Below, piece by piece: positions 36,795 to 50,708 of a stretch of DNA of 64,000 bases (position 1 is its first letter; every line of letters starts with the position of its first letter). This stretch comes from Dipteris shenzhenensis (taxonomy: Eukaryota). The stretch lies in the NCBI GenBank assembly GCA_047967505.1, contig CM106538.1, one strand, 5' to 3'. A model generated the notes under the pieces. It saw only the letters and a list, made by a program, of their open reading frames with translations, was not told the origin of the DNA and did no database searches. The position numbers and the translations under genes are program-made.

Positions 36795-38720
36795 ATTATT
36801 CTAGTGACATATGGCATAGCCATGCTTGTAATCATACGGTTGTCATATATGCTATCTTCAAGGGATTGTTGCTCTAGTTTTGTATCAATCCTTCTATGCA
36901 ATTCAATAGGGCACACCTTTTGATAACTACTTTTTTTAATTGATTCCATGCAATTCAATAGGGCATACCTCTTGATATATACTTTTTGTTATTGATTTCC
37001 TACAACTTAATATGGCACATTTGTTGATATGCATTTTTTCTTGTTGATGATTCCTTTTAATCCACAATCCAATAGGGGCCAAGGCAACTCATGCATAGAT
37101 CTTTTCTTCACAACAACCGAGTCTCAAATCTCTCTCCCTTTCGAAAAATCACACTCTTTAGGCTTATATTAATGCCTACTCTATTCTAATCACTTGTACT
37201 ATTGTAATCATTAAAGATCTATGAAAGTGTCCAATCTAGCCAAGTATTACCTTGCCATTGGGAGGAATTGCCACATGCTACTTTAGCTTTGAATTCCCTT
37301 TTCTTAGAATCAATGTGACATACCACCCTACCATAAGACCACACATCTAGGCATCTTACCACTTGGAGAAGTAACTTGTGGCACCTTCACATTAATTTCA
37401 CTTCCTTTTCATATATAAAACTGATAAGACAAAAAATTTCCATCTATTCCAAAAAAATAGATTAGAAGATCATAGATGAAAATTTTACAATCCATCTCAT
37501 GTCAACCTGAGTTTTTGAACAATGATTTATGGTATTGCTTTTTAAAAGTACTCCCTCCCCCAAACATAATTCAAGGCATTTAATTATTTTATGAGATGAA
37601 GGTTGCAGCTTTGTTTTGTAAAAAGTGAGGATTTTGCATATCTGCATTGAAATGCACTTAATCTCAGCAAGGGATTAGTGCGTCTATTGTTTGTGAAAGA
37701 AAGTGAGTCTTAGCTCACTTAGGTCGCATTTTTGGGCCGATACAGAATTGGATATAGCCAATCGAGGAGCTATTTCTGGAGCATTTTTTGGGCTATGCTG
37801 TGATGTGCTACTAGGAGAGATTTCAAATTCAAGGTAGTATGGCACTCTCATTGGGGTTTTTTTCCAATGTATTGATTGCCACACTGGCGTAATGATCATG
37901 CACATGACTTGCAAGAACTTGCTAGTGTAATCATTCTGAACACCTAGTAGAGCTTGACACATAGTACTCTAGGTTTTACTCCATGGGCATATAGTCATCC
38001 TAGAAATAGTGCAGATCTCAACATGTGCCACTCCACGCCTTCACCCTATGGAGCCTGTACTCCATGGGCATACAACTATTTCAAACATGGTATAGAGCTT
38101 GACATGCGCCGTGTTGGCTTACAGTTCTATGACCACCACACTTGTTCAAAAAGAGAGCTACTTTAGCATTTTTAAGGTCATTTAAAACCACCAAGGTGGT
38201 ATGAGGAGCTTCTTTCATAGCTATTTGGTGTAAAGAAGTAAATTAACCACTATTTTATCTTATGATGTACCAAATTTTCTCTGAAAATCATTGCCTAAAG
38301 CAAGAATTTTGTGCCCCATTGCATAAAACAAAAATTCTAAAGTTGAATGCTGCCTGGAGGGTCCCCAACCCACAAACTAGTGTAGGAGATAACCAAGGGA
38401 ATAGATCTCTTGAAATGACCTTTGGAAGGCCTGGCATAGATGTAAGCCTAGCAGTCTAAGTAGCATGCCAACCATGGCGGTGGCTAGAATGCACTTTTTA
38501 GCACTTTTAAAAAAGTTTAGACAATTTTTAGGGCACTTTTTAGCTCTCTTAGAGCATGCTCATGATTGCATAGAGACTAACACAAAGCAAACAAAAAGAT
38601 CACACAGAGTTACTCATATTTTATATAAAAAACTAGACTATCATGTGCATTCAATGGTATATTACTAGAAATCCATTAGCACCCCAGTAGTGGCATACTC
38701 TACTACAAGATAATAGTCTA

Positions 38721-39000
38721 CTATAAAAATTTTATTAGGATAGTCTAAGTAGATTAACCATTTGGAACTGTTTGAGAGAATATGAGAAAAGAGAAATATG
38801 TTTGTATTTTTACAAAATTGGTAAGTATTTTAAAATTTTGGCAACCTTGGGCCTAGTGTAATATAAAAATTTTATTACAATAGTCTAAGCAGACTGACCA
38901 TTTGGCACTTGTCAAGAGAATATGAGAAAAGAGAAACATGTTTGTATTATTTTAGAATTTGTAAATGTTACCCAATTTTGGCCACCTTGGGCCCTATTTA
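38721..39000. repeat. Diverged ~140-bp direct repeat, 2 copies
   Basis: TATAAAAATTTTATTA..ATAGTCTAAG.AGA.T.ACCATTTGG.ACT...GAGAATATGAGAAAAGAGAAA at about 38722 and 38862. Confidence 0.8.
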
Positions 39001-41479
39001 CAATTAGCCATTTGCATCCTGAGGTACAATCTTGGACCATATGTACAAAATTTTGGCCGTTTGCATCCCTCAATGCATCCAGAAGGAAGTCAAAAATCAA
39101 AACAAGGCACCTTTAACTTAAAAGGAATAGTGCCCCACCTTCAACTCAAAAGGAATACTGCCCCACCTTGCAAGCCTTTGAAGGAGGTCGGACATCAACA
39201 AGGCCACCAATGGAGCTCCGTTTCAAAGGCAAGTACTGCCTTGCCATTCAAGCCATTGAAGCAGGTTGAACATAAATGTAACATAGATGCTAAGGAGCAT
39301 AAGCAGAAAAATGAGCAAAATATTCCCAAAAAATTCAAACTCCTTGATCAATGTCTGAATGGGCTCCATAGAAAAGAACTCAATGTAGGCCATCTGCATT
39401 TATCCATGTTAACTCCTCAATCTTGAGACCAATCAAAAACCCCTATTGAACATGAAGCATGAATACAACACATGGCATTAAAATCTTTGAGCAATGCGAT
39501 GTGACCACCTTGAGGAAGAAAGAAGATATAATATGGATGTTGTTGGTATAAAGAATGTTGGAAATAGTAGGGGGTCAATACAAGAGTGGACATGGTGGAG
39601 GGGGGAGTAGTGGAGAAACAGGCAATGAGCAGTGGAGAGATAGATTCTAATGATGATGACTAGGGGGTCTGATGAGAAGTGGGAAATAGCAATGGAGGAA
39701 TAGCATTAGTGGAGAAATAGAGTTCTTGATGGCAAACAAGGGAGCCAATAAGCAGTGGAGAAATAACATTAGACGCATGAAGATGAGGGTGCTTTTTTAT
39801 GCATAGTCTATGTATTACCAGCCAGTTGAACATGTGGCATTTGATCAATTGGCATGTCCAAAAAATCATCAATGGATTTCAAACAATCAAAATGGCCTGC
39901 TAATTAATCACTAGCCAACCTGGTGGCATGTCCAGCTAATCATGAGTTGCCTTTAATCAATCTATCTATCAATCATGTGCCCAATGCATGCTAGCCAAGT
40001 GGATTTATTCACCACACCAAATTAAAATTTAAGTCTTGATGATTGGTAACTAATTACTCACCTTACTTACTCTACATGCAAGCCCAGTGTTTGTCATCAT
40101 GTCTAAAATTTGAATCATCATTGCATTCTTAAATTGGTACAATGCTTGCAAAACTCAATTCAAGCCATATAAATGCCAGCAAGGGGGCTCCATGCCCAAT
40201 GGTTGGGTCATCAAATTAAGCCTCAATGACTAGTAAATAGCTGCTCACTCTATTTACTCCACATGCAAGCCTAATAGTGCATGTAAGCTTGGTGATTATC
40301 ATCGTGACTCATAATTAACTACTCATTCTACTTACTCTACATGCAAACTCGATGGTTTCATTGTGACCAGCAATCAACTGCTTGGGTCCATGGATGATTT
40401 TTTCAAGTTAGTTTCGTTAAGGAGCTAAACTTTTATATTGGTGTTGAAAGTTTGTATGCCCTAATAAAAATAAATGTTTAAAACATTCGCCAGGATTTGA
40501 AACTTATATGCAAAAAATAAATAAAATTTCGCTAAGATTTACATTTTTTCCTTTAAAATTCAAAAGAAAAAATATAAAACTCTCTCTCTCTCTCTCTCTC
40601 TCTGTGCAGTGTGAGCATCCTACTAACTCCATGTCAGTCTCTAAGATTCACCTCTGAGCATCACCTGGAGTTGCTATCTTGCTATATAACCTCACTTGTT
40701 GGTGTGTTGTCTTTTAGTCTTGTTAGAGTCAGTTGACTATGATCTTGTTGTTAGATATCAATGCTCCTCTCGTGTAACTATGCAGGAACCAGCTAACTCT
40801 ACTTGTAAGCCCCCCATATGAGGAGAAGGCATTTGAGTAGCTCGATTATCCGGTAGGTTCTGGTTTGGATACAAGATGGGGGCCATGTGTGGCCTGATAG
40901 CTGGACGGCTTCAGATAGAGTTGGCACACTACCAACTAGGCTACATGCAAGTGCAGGAAGGCATCCCATGACTGATCGCACTAAGGTAGATGGAGCATTT
41001 CCTGGGGCAGCCCACTCTCGGGTTGCGAGGCTCATTTGGAGTCGCAGATGATCTCGGATGGGCTTTGGGGCTCTGGGCCGAACGGATAACCATAGGTCAA
41101 TTGCTCTATTCTGTGCCATGATTCTAACGTGTGGTCGGTGGCCTATTTTGGGATTGGGACCGACCTCTAATCGACCGTTTTGGGTGGACTTGGTCGGTAT
41201 CCCAATTGGGTCTAACCGACTGCAACTGGTGGCTATATAAGAGCAAGCCCGTGAAGCCCATAATCATCACTGGCTATACCAACCCTGATTCCTTAGCATC
41301 CAGCCTCCATCCTCTACTATTTCTAGCATGCCATCGAAGCTTCTCACATAGGAGTGCACGGCTGGGAGGCAACACCATCTATTGTATCAATTTTATAGTA
41401 ATCAAAATTTTGAATCTCCATACTATCTTCTTTTTTCTCTTGCATACGAGATCTTGTTATCTGTTGAGCATAGACGTTG

Positions 41480-43076
41480 TATTGTTTTCTTACATTTCTT
41501 TCATCTACATGTCAGTGATGATGAACTGAGAGAGCAAGAGTGTTTTGATTTAAATAATTGTTATTCTAATAGTTGTATCAAAGGAGTTGTTGATGTTCTA
41601 GTGAGTTGTCATGTACGTCGAGGTTTGTGAGTTGTTAGGAGAGAAATATAAGGCTAGTCCAAAGTCAATAAGTCTATTTTGGTTGAGTAATCTATCGTGA
41701 AGTTTGACAAGAAGAACTTTCCCTCATGGAAGTTATTTCTTTAGTTGCTTCTTATGGAGAAAGCACTCAAGGGGGTTGTGTCGGGATTTGGAAAGATGCC
41801 TGCAAATAGCCAAGGGTTTGAGAAGATCTAGATGTGGGAACTAAAGAATGAAAAAGGTATGGGGTTGCTTGGTTGTGCTCTAGGGATAGACTATTTTCAT
41901 CATGTAGATGTTGCAAAGATAGTTGGTTGAGATTGGAACATGTTGGGACCACTTTAAGGATCAAAGGTCAAGAATTCTTTGATAGTCATAAAGCAGTTGT
42001 TCGGTCTGCATATGGGGGACAAGAAGTCCTTGGGCACATATTTGAATCACATGCAGTCATTGATGAAGCACTTACAATCGCTAGGGTGGAAGGTTAATTA
42101 TGACAATGCAAAAGCAATACTCCTTCATGGTACTTGGAATTGTTGATGATACTAAGAATAAACTTTGATTCTCTTGATTTTCATAATATTGTGTCGATGT
42201 TATTAAATGAGCAGCATAGGATAGAAGCAATCTTGCTTGATGGAGACATTACCTACGTAGTAAAAGATAAGGGGAAATTAAAGAATACTGGGAGCAAGAA
42301 AGTGCTTGTTTGTGATTTCTCTGGTAGAGAAGGACACCTAGTAGGATTTTGCTTCAAGAAGGCATGTGACAATCAATGCAAAGATTCAACTTCAAAGGCA
42401 TGCATTATTGAAGAAACACATTGCGGATAATATTGCAATGTTGGTTTAGACAGATATTCCAGCGATTGAGATCAATGATGAATTTGCCTTTTGAGTTCTC
42501 TTTTCAAGTTTCAAGTGCATGATAGTTTTAGAGTCTCTATGGGTGGTAGTGTGATTTTCTTATTGTGCTTCTTTTCAACAAATCCTATGTGGATGGTTGC
42601 TTTGACTTTTAGCCTTTTTATTTTTATCTCTGTACTTAGGTTAAGGGGGTTTTCTAGTGCATGGTGTAAACTAGATAGAGGTTTTTACCAAAGGTTTTAG
42701 AGGCTATGCCATCTAAGTATGGGATTGGCCATGCAACAATCAATGCTCAAGGTTATATACCAATATTCTTTCGAAAGGTCAACTCTCTCTCCATGTGGTG
42801 CGAGTAGCCTGACTCCATGAGAATCTCCAAGAGCTGTCTCTTGAGCGTCACTTGGAGTCACTATCTTGGTATATAGCTTCACTCTAGTGTGTTGTCATTC
42901 AATCTTATTAGTGTTAGTCAGATTGTATGTAAGTCTATCCTTTGTACTCTACAACAAGTTCCATAGAAATGTGTAGAGTACTTATTTCACTGGTTTCTTT
43001 CATCTACCTATGTTGAATTTCGGTGATGAGCTAAGAAAGCAAGTGGGTATTGATTTAAATCATTGTTATTCTAACA
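41480..43076 (+). mobile_element. Old Copia-derived element with gag only and no pol; left boundary uncertain
   Basis: Matching LTR ends TGATTTAAAT(A/C)ATTGTTATTCTAA(T/C)A at about 41545-41569 and 43051-43076; degenerate PBS TTGTATCAAAG; gag motifs KFDKKNFPSWK and CDFSGREGHLVGFC; PPT-like AAGGGGG at about 42643. Confidence 0.65.
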
Positions 43077-43549
43077 CTAGTGGTACTTTGCAAAGTCCTC
43101 ATGGGCTAGAAGAGCTTTCTTCTCAAAAGGTAGCATTAATGGGTTGCTTTAGGCCAAAATGTTGCAAAGTACAGGCTTGACATTATGTGATGGAGCTCAG
43201 CTTATAATTTGCCAAAGCATTATCGGGGGCAAGGATTCAACCATTTGTCATCCAACTAGTTGAATAAAAAATCACTCTATAAAATGTATGTAAATATAGA
43301 TTAATAATTGCATCAATCATAGTAATTAACATGTATATGTAAAAAAATTTAAAAAATTGGGTGTTACCTTGTCTCAATGGATGGTAGCACAAATATATCT
43401 ATTTGATCAACCCAGAACTTGATGAAGTCAATTGCAAAAAAAATTGGATTCATTCACTACTACACACGGATCCTATTGTGACATTTACGTACCGACATTT
43501 AGCGCCTGCTTAGCGTTAATCGTCGGTATGAAAAGCGGGTTTCCTAAAT

Positions 43550-43670
43550 CATCGCTATATAGCGACTGTTGCTAAAAGTCGCTATATAGTGACCTTTATA
43601 AAAGTCGCTATATAGCGACTTTTAAGTGTCGCTATATAGTGACACTGATATACAAAATATTATAGCGATG
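43550..43670. repeat. CACTA subterminal palindromic motifs (GTCGCTATATAGCGAC variants)
   Basis: At least four copies here; the motif recurs at 45001-45036 and 47051-47099. Confidence 0.9.
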
Positions 43671-43978
43671 TTTTTACAGAGGTTTTTTTTTTTTATAGGC
43701 CTTAAAAGTTAGTTTTTTCCAATGAAATTTTTTTTTAATTTTTCATACATGTTTGAGCTCATAGAGAATTAAAAAATGAGAGCATGTACATCAAGCCTTT
43801 GAAGCTCATATATTCATGTCCAAGTTTGAGATGAGAAAAATCAAATAAGAGCATTTACGTCAACTGTTTCATCTTGAGCCAAGTCTAAGGAGCCAAACAA
43901 GTCTATCTCCAACTCTATACCGAGTTGATCTCCTATATCATCATCGTACTCTAGCATCGTACGTTCACCTAAAAGTAT

Positions 43979-44950
43979 TTAATCATGTTCTTCAATAAAG
44001 CTTAAATGTGGTGATTCTTGATGATTATTGTCTTCTTCCTCAATATCATGATCTCCATCCTTCTCCCATGCGATGTCATTATGCGCATCTTCCTCTTGGC
44101 TCATATGGTTATCTACATCTTCTTCACTAGATTCATCAATTGGATCCGGCATTGGTAGTGGCATCTCCATATCCACATCTCGATCTTCAAAAATTTGCTT
44201 ACTTCGTGGTGCAACTTGGATCACGTACCACCATCTTGGATCAGAACGATCTGGATGAAAAACCACCTATATTCAAGATGAGTGCCAAATGTCATCAATT
44301 ATATATATGAAATTATGCTCAAGTACATGTATCAATGGACTTAAAAAATGAAAGCTTTGACTAATTAAATCATTAGTATGCACCTGCTCACAGTGCTCGG
44401 GAAGAACAAAAGTATCACTTTCATCGGTCCAATGTTTGGTGGAGTCTATTGCAAAGAGACCGCTACTATCTTTTCTCACTATCGCATGGGGACCATTGTA
44501 AATAGTTCTAAACCATTTTACATCAAGAATGAAAATAGTAAATCATCTGAAATCAATTTCATAGATGTCGCGTATGGTTCCACAATAATCCAACTGTGAG
44601 GAGAGAAGATTGGTATCTAAAGCACTTGCTCGGCTATCTTGTGTAAAGTTAGCCGTGACTCCACAATCATACATGACTCTCTTTGAATCGATGCATTCCA
44701 TGTGAAAATGTCGTCCATATGACCATAATGCACTGTACTTTTTGTACTGTAAAAGAGCAATATTAAAACAATGAAGATGCATCTATTTTATAGCATATAT
44801 TGCCACAAATAATTACTTAATTACATCAAGAGGTAAGAAAATTACATGCACCATACATCCAGATGATAACTCTCTCGCGCTTGTTTATTGTCTCTCCATC
44901 ACGTTCGGCTTTACGTAGAGCCAGTTGTAGCCAATCAAGTGACATGTGAG
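43979..44950 (-). pseudogene. CACTA transposase C-terminal part (DUF4216-like)
   Basis: YCGTIRDIYEIDF...LDVKWF...DSSGLFAID...DTFVLPEHCEQV|VFHPDRSDPRWWYVIQVAPR, with introns. Confidence 0.8.
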
Positions 44951-45036
44951 TAGGGAGTAACTTTTAAGGCTTATAAAAAAAAAAGCCTCTGCGTAAAAAC
45001 GTCGCTATAATATTTTGTATCAGTGTCGCTATATAG

Positions 45037-46200
45037 CATGAGCTTATGCTTATGCTTATGCATAAGCATAAGCTCATGCTTATGCTCATGCGGAAGTAGA
45101 GAAGGAGCTTATGCAGAAATAGAGAATGAGTTTCCACATAAGATTCTCTCATTCTCTATTCCCGCATAAGCTCATGCATAAGCATGAGCTTAGGTGGAAA
45201 CTCAAGCATAAGCTCATGCGGAAGTAGAGAAGGAGCTTATGCGGAAATAGAGAGTGAGTTTCTGCATAAGCTTCTCTCATTCTCTATTTCCGCATAAGCT
45301 TATGCGGAAACTCAAGCATAAACTCATGCGCATGCATGAGCATAAGCTCAGGCTTATGCTCATGCGGAAGTAGAGAAGGAGCTTATGCAGAAATAGAGAA
45401 TGAGTTTCTGCATAAGCTTCTCTCATTCTCTATTTCCGCATAAGCTCATGCATAAGCATGAGCTTATGCGGAAACTTAAGCATAAGCTCATGCTCATGCA
45501 TGAGCATAAGCATGAGCTTATGCTTATGCTTATGCATAAGCATAAGCATAAGCATAAGCTCATGCTTATGCTCATGCAGAAGTAGAGAAGGAGCTTATGC
45601 GAAAATAAAGAATGAGTTTCCACATAAGCTTCTCTCATTCTCTATTTCTGCATAAGCTCATGCATAAGCATGAGCTTATGCGGAAACTTAAGCATAAGCT
45701 CATGCTCATGTATGAGCATAAGCATGAGCTTCTCTCATTCTCTATTTCCGCATAAGCTAATGCTTATGCTCATACATGAGCATGAGCTTATGCTTAAGTT
45801 TCCGCATAAGCTCATGCTTATGCATAAGCTTATGTTGAAATAGAGAAATAAAGAAGGGGAAACTTAAGCATAAGCTCACGCTCATGCATGAGCATAAGCA
45901 TGACCTTATGCTTATGCTTAAGCATTAGCATAAGCATAAGCTCATGCTTCTGCTCGAGAATGAGCATGAGCTTATGCGAATGAGAGAAGGGGGAAATAGA
46001 GAAGGGGGAAAGAGAGAAGGGGGAATGAGAGAAGCATAAGCATAAGAGAATATTATGCTTATGCTTATGCTTATGCTTAAGCATTAGCATAAGCATAAGC
46101 ATAAGCTCATGCTTATGCTCATGCATGAGCATAAGCTTATGCGAATGAGAGAAGGGGAAAATAGAGAAGGGGGAATGAGAGAAGCATAAGCATAAGAGAA
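45037..46200. repeat. Complex satellite of GCATAA/GCTTAT/GCATGA hexamers with larger ~150-180-bp repeats, in both orientations
   Basis: Directly visible; recurring AAGTAGAGAAGGAGCTTATGC and TCTCTCATTCTCTATTTCCGCATAAG. Confidence 0.95.
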
Positions 46201-47199
46201 TAAGAGGGAAAGGAAATAGAGAATAAGAGGGAAAGGAAAGAGAGAAGGGAAAAGACTCATGAGGGGGAAATAGAGAAGGGGGAAAGAGAGAATAAGAGAA
46301 GAGGGAAAAAAGAGAAGGGGGACAAAAGAGAATAAGAGAAGGGGGAAGAAGGAAAGAGTGGGAGGGGAAGAGAGGGTTCCTATGCCCATCACTGCAGCTA
46401 GCGCTTAAGGTGCTAGCTACAGGCCAATGCAAATAACAAAAATAATAAATGGAAAAAAGAGGAAGCACTTACCTGAAATAGTATGTCCTGCTCGGTGTAG
46501 TGGACTGGCCCTACAAAAGAGAGAAAACAACCCGTTTTTTCAAACAAGATGTTAGTGGAAGGAGGAGATTACAAAAGCAACTTCTTGAAGGGAGGAGATT
46601 GAGGAGACAAGGAAAGGAGGAGATTGAGGAGACAAGGGAAAAGAGAAGGAAGAGAAAAACAGAAAAAAGAGGTGAGTTTTCTTTCTTTCTTGAAATCTCG
46701 TTTTTTGTTTCAATCCTTTCAAAACAAGCATGAAAATTAGTTTACAGGTTTAGCAATACAAGAAGAAACACTCACAAAACTAAAGCTAACAAACAAACAA
46801 CCTACATTGTTATAACAAACTCACCTCTTGAAGAACTTTCTTTCAAGAAACCAAAGAGGGAAAAGGATAGAGATGGAGTACAAGAGGTAGGAGAAGGGTG
46901 AGGAGTGGAAAATAGAGTGGGAGCTTACTTGGAATAGATGGGAGGTCATCAAAATAGGTGGGAGGAGATTTTGGGTTGCTTACTTGAGAGATTAGGGAAT
47001 GGAATGAGCAAAACGCTGCGCGTTTCGGTGTTTCAGGTTTTAACCCACAGCGTCGCTATATAGTGACGGAACAGAGGAAAGCGTCGCTATATAGCGATGT
47101 TTACTGCCATTTTTTTGATATGGTATCAAGAGAAGCTCAAACATGCTTTTTTATAATTGTCAATATGTCCTCCTCATGCTTATGTTGTGATTTTATGTG

Positions 47200-47412
47200 T
47201 AGATGGAAGGGACGAGTGGAAGCTCGTCCGATGATGCGCCAATGCCCGGGAGCACGAAGTGGCTTACGGAAAGGTTATACTGTCATTGCACTCATTGCAA
47301 GCGAGAAGTATGACATCAACGTCGTATTATCATGTGCCACTTGCGGATGTATGGGGAGGAACCAGAACCAGTACCCCCCATTGGTGTTGCACATGTTGAT
47401 GGCTCATCGGTA
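47200..47412 (+). pseudogene. CACTA transposase-associated N-terminal Zn-binding domain remnant
   Basis: RLYCHCTHCKREV*HQRRIIMCHLRMYG matches the CxCxxC...HL...G pattern. Confidence 0.55.
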
Positions 47413-47642
47413 AGTCAAAGCTATTTAAGTTCGCAATCTTATTGTATACTAGGAAATAGAAGATCTTATATTTACACGAAATCTTAAAACAGGATGAGGA
47501 GGGTGACGAGGGTACACATATACCTTCTCACTTTCAGCTACATGGGGTATGTATTTGTGTATGGCCTCAAAGCCTAGCTACATGGGGTTGAGACTCTTGT
47601 GTCAGCATGGTAATTCACTTGTCACTCGATATGTGGACACTC

Positions 47643-48950
47643 ATGTAGCATTTTCTTTTTGGTAGAATTTGATTAAATTTTAGTTTATAAGAAAAATTAT
47701 AAAATGCATTTTAATGTTTTTTTGAAATTTATGAATTACGAGATTTTTTATTTAAAATGTGAAAATTAAAATTTTTTTTTAAATAGAGCTTTTTTTAGTA
47801 AATAAAAAAACGTTCATATTAATAATTATAAAATATTTATAAATTTGAAATGCATTTGTATTTTTTTTTTTTTTTAAATTACGACATTTATAATTTAAAA
47901 TGTGAAAATTTTAAATTTAAAAAACGTAATTTAAAATTTTAGTTTATAAGAAAAATTATAAAATGCATTTTAATGTTTTTCTGAAATTTATGAATTACGA
48001 GATTTTTTATTTAAAATGTGAAAATTAAAATTTTTTTTAAAATAGAGCTTTTTTTAGTAAATAAAAAAACGTTCATATTAATAATTATAAAATATTTATA
48101 AATTTGAAATGCATTTGTATTTTTTTTTTAATTTTTAAATTACGACATTTATAATTTAAAATGTGAAAATTTTAAATTTAAAAAACGTTTAATGAGGCAT
48201 TTTTTATTCAAAATGTGAAAATGTTCAATATTTCTGTTTTTTTTATGTAGCATTTTCTTTTTAGTAGAATTTAATTAAATTTTAGGTTAAAAGAAAAATA
48301 ATAAAAAATTTCTAAATTTCAAATGCAATATAATGTTTTTTTGAAGTTTATGAATTACGACATTTTTTATTTAAAATGTGAAAATGAAAATTTTTTTTCA
48401 AAATAGAGCTTTTTTAGTAAATAAAAAAATGTTCATATTAATAATTATAAAATATTTATAAATTTGAAATGCATTTGTAAAATTTTTTTACATTTTTGAA
48501 TTACGACATTTATAATTTAAAATGTGAAAATTTTTAATTTAAAAAACGTTTAATGAGGCATTTTTGATTCAAAATGTGAAAATGTTCTATATTTCTGTTT
48601 TTTTTATGTAGCATTTTCTTTTTGGTAGAATTTAATTAAATTTTAGTTTATAAGGAAAATTATAAAAAATTTCTAAATTTATAATGCATTTTAATGTTTT
48701 TTTGAAATTTATAAATTACGACATTTTTTATTTAAAATGTGAAAATGATTTTTTTTTTTTAATAGAGCTATTTTTATTAAATAAAAAAACGTTCATAGGA
48801 ATAATTATAAAGTATTTATAAATTTGAAATGCATTTGTAAATTTATTTTTTTTTTTGAATTACGACATTTATAATTTAAAATGTGAAAATTTTTAATTTA
48901 AAAAAGTTTAATGAGGCATTTTTAATTCAAAATGTAGAAATGTAAAAATT
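47643..48950. repeat. AT-rich tandem repeat, ~360-bp unit, about 4 copies (first two shortened)
   Basis: ATGTAGCATTTTCTTTT at about 47643, 48245 and 48607; the AATAATTATAAAATATTTATAAATTTGAAATGCATTTG block occurs four times. Confidence 0.92.
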
Positions 48951-48970
48951 AGGTTTTTAAAAATCATCTT

Positions 48971-50708
48971 TAGGAATGGCCACTAGTTGAGGTGGATTGC
49001 CCAACCAAAATAGGAAATGAAGATATAAGACATTTTGTATAAGACTCACTCAACTTATCAAATTAATACACAAACATAAACCTACTAGTCAACTATTGGA
49101 GTTGGACATTAAAGATTGACTAGTGACATGGTTGGTGACCAAAGCTTGAAGTTGACTAGACACTTTGGGACAAGCAAGTTCTTTAGAAGGAAACTAGGTT
49201 TAAGCTTGGGTAATCATCCCTAATATATTGGGACATTACTAATGATAAATCATCCTTTAACTATTTGGCAATTAGTAAGGATCGATTCTACTAGGAAATA
49301 TGTTGAAGGCATATGTCCCCTATTAGTCAATAGATTGATTAGACTAAGCATGCATGATAAGGCTATAGCTTGGAAATGCCTAGATAGTGGCTTAGTCCAA
49401 ATCTTCAATATCCCTTAAGAAGACATGAAATAGTGGCTTAGACCTTAAGAAGACATGGAATAGTTTGCAAATGTCTAATTCTTCTAAGTTATGCATAGAC
49501 TCTAGCATAACTGAGAAAAGAATATTACAAGATTGAGAATATTTGGATGGGTCTTCAAGAACTCGAATATTACGGTCTGTGCCTATAAACTATTTGAGAT
49601 TCTTATGCTATCACTATGGCATGCTTTAGATCTAGCACTTTGATCATGTTTGTTGTCTAGTTCCATAATTCATCTACTTCTCTTATATGTATAAGAAGAA
49701 AGAAATACGCCATAGAGAAACTGAAAGTTTAACTAGAATACCTAACATTCATTGCACATGGGACTCTACTGGATCTATATTCATTCCACATTCATGCTAA
49801 TATATGCAAGTGTTTTGATCAACTATAGACCTAAGTTCAACTAGAGCCTGTTAATGACTGAATCTCTCCTAATCATCCCTTAATGATCATAGATAATAGT
49901 ATGGGCCACTATAAGGATTGGTTAGGAGCTATTTTTAAAATGCCAAACTTTGAAATGAAGTCAATATTTATTGTGTTGAGGAATTTTTGTCGGGTGGATC
50001 TAGTTGAAGAGAGAAATCCATGTTGCATAACATTTGTCTGAGTTGAGCAGCCTCAAATCGACTTAAGAGAGAGAGAACTCCATAACCTTCAAGAGTCGAC
50101 ATTTCAAGCATCCCATTCCATGTTGTTTGCTACATGGCAGCTCGCCATGTGGCACACATACATCCCTTTTTGCACTGTAGGGAAACCTATGACTAATGTT
50201 AACAACATTTATCTTGTCTTTTACAAATGACTAAGATGTTTTCCCAAAAAGACTTTGTAACAATAATCACGTGAACCACCTCATAACCAAAATAGTATGG
50301 ATGCTACATATCTCCTTTCCCTCGTTGAAACTATGTCACACATGGAATGTCAACCACATGCTCAAGGAATTATATGCTAGTTTCATTGTAAGCAAGGGTG
50401 GTCTCTTTCTTGCTAGTCCAACCATAGGCAACGGTGACGCTTATTACTTGAGCTCAACCAAAATTAACATTAGTTATCGTATGCAACCCTTCCCATTGCA
50501 TAGGGACATCCAAGGATTTAATTTTCAAAGTTTTTGAATCCTCTTCTAGGGATCTTGTGCCCTTTGTTGTTGCTATGTATGTGGATGATCTCATTCCAAA
50601 ACTATTTTTACAACTAGAAGTCGAGTGAGTCTTATACAAAATGTCTTGAACCAAGTGATGATCTATAGGAATGGCCACTAGTTGAGGTGGATTGCCCAAC
50701 CAAAATAG
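48971..50708. repeat. Identical 43-bp direct repeats 1.7 kb apart
   Basis: TAGGAATGGCCACTAGTTGAGGTGGATTGCCCAACCAAAATAG at 48971-49013 and 50666-50708. Confidence 0.9.

Larger units (their letters stand above)
43455..47420. mobile_element. CACTA/EnSpm element, rearranged, right end not found
   Basis: Begins CACTACTAC at 43455; subterminal palindromes GTCGCTATATAGCGAC; DUF4216-like coding remnant. Confidence 0.8.

Noticed and set aside
45400-46468. His/Met/Lys-rich or Cys/Leu-rich small proteins in the ORF track
   Set aside because: They are translations of the hexamer satellite
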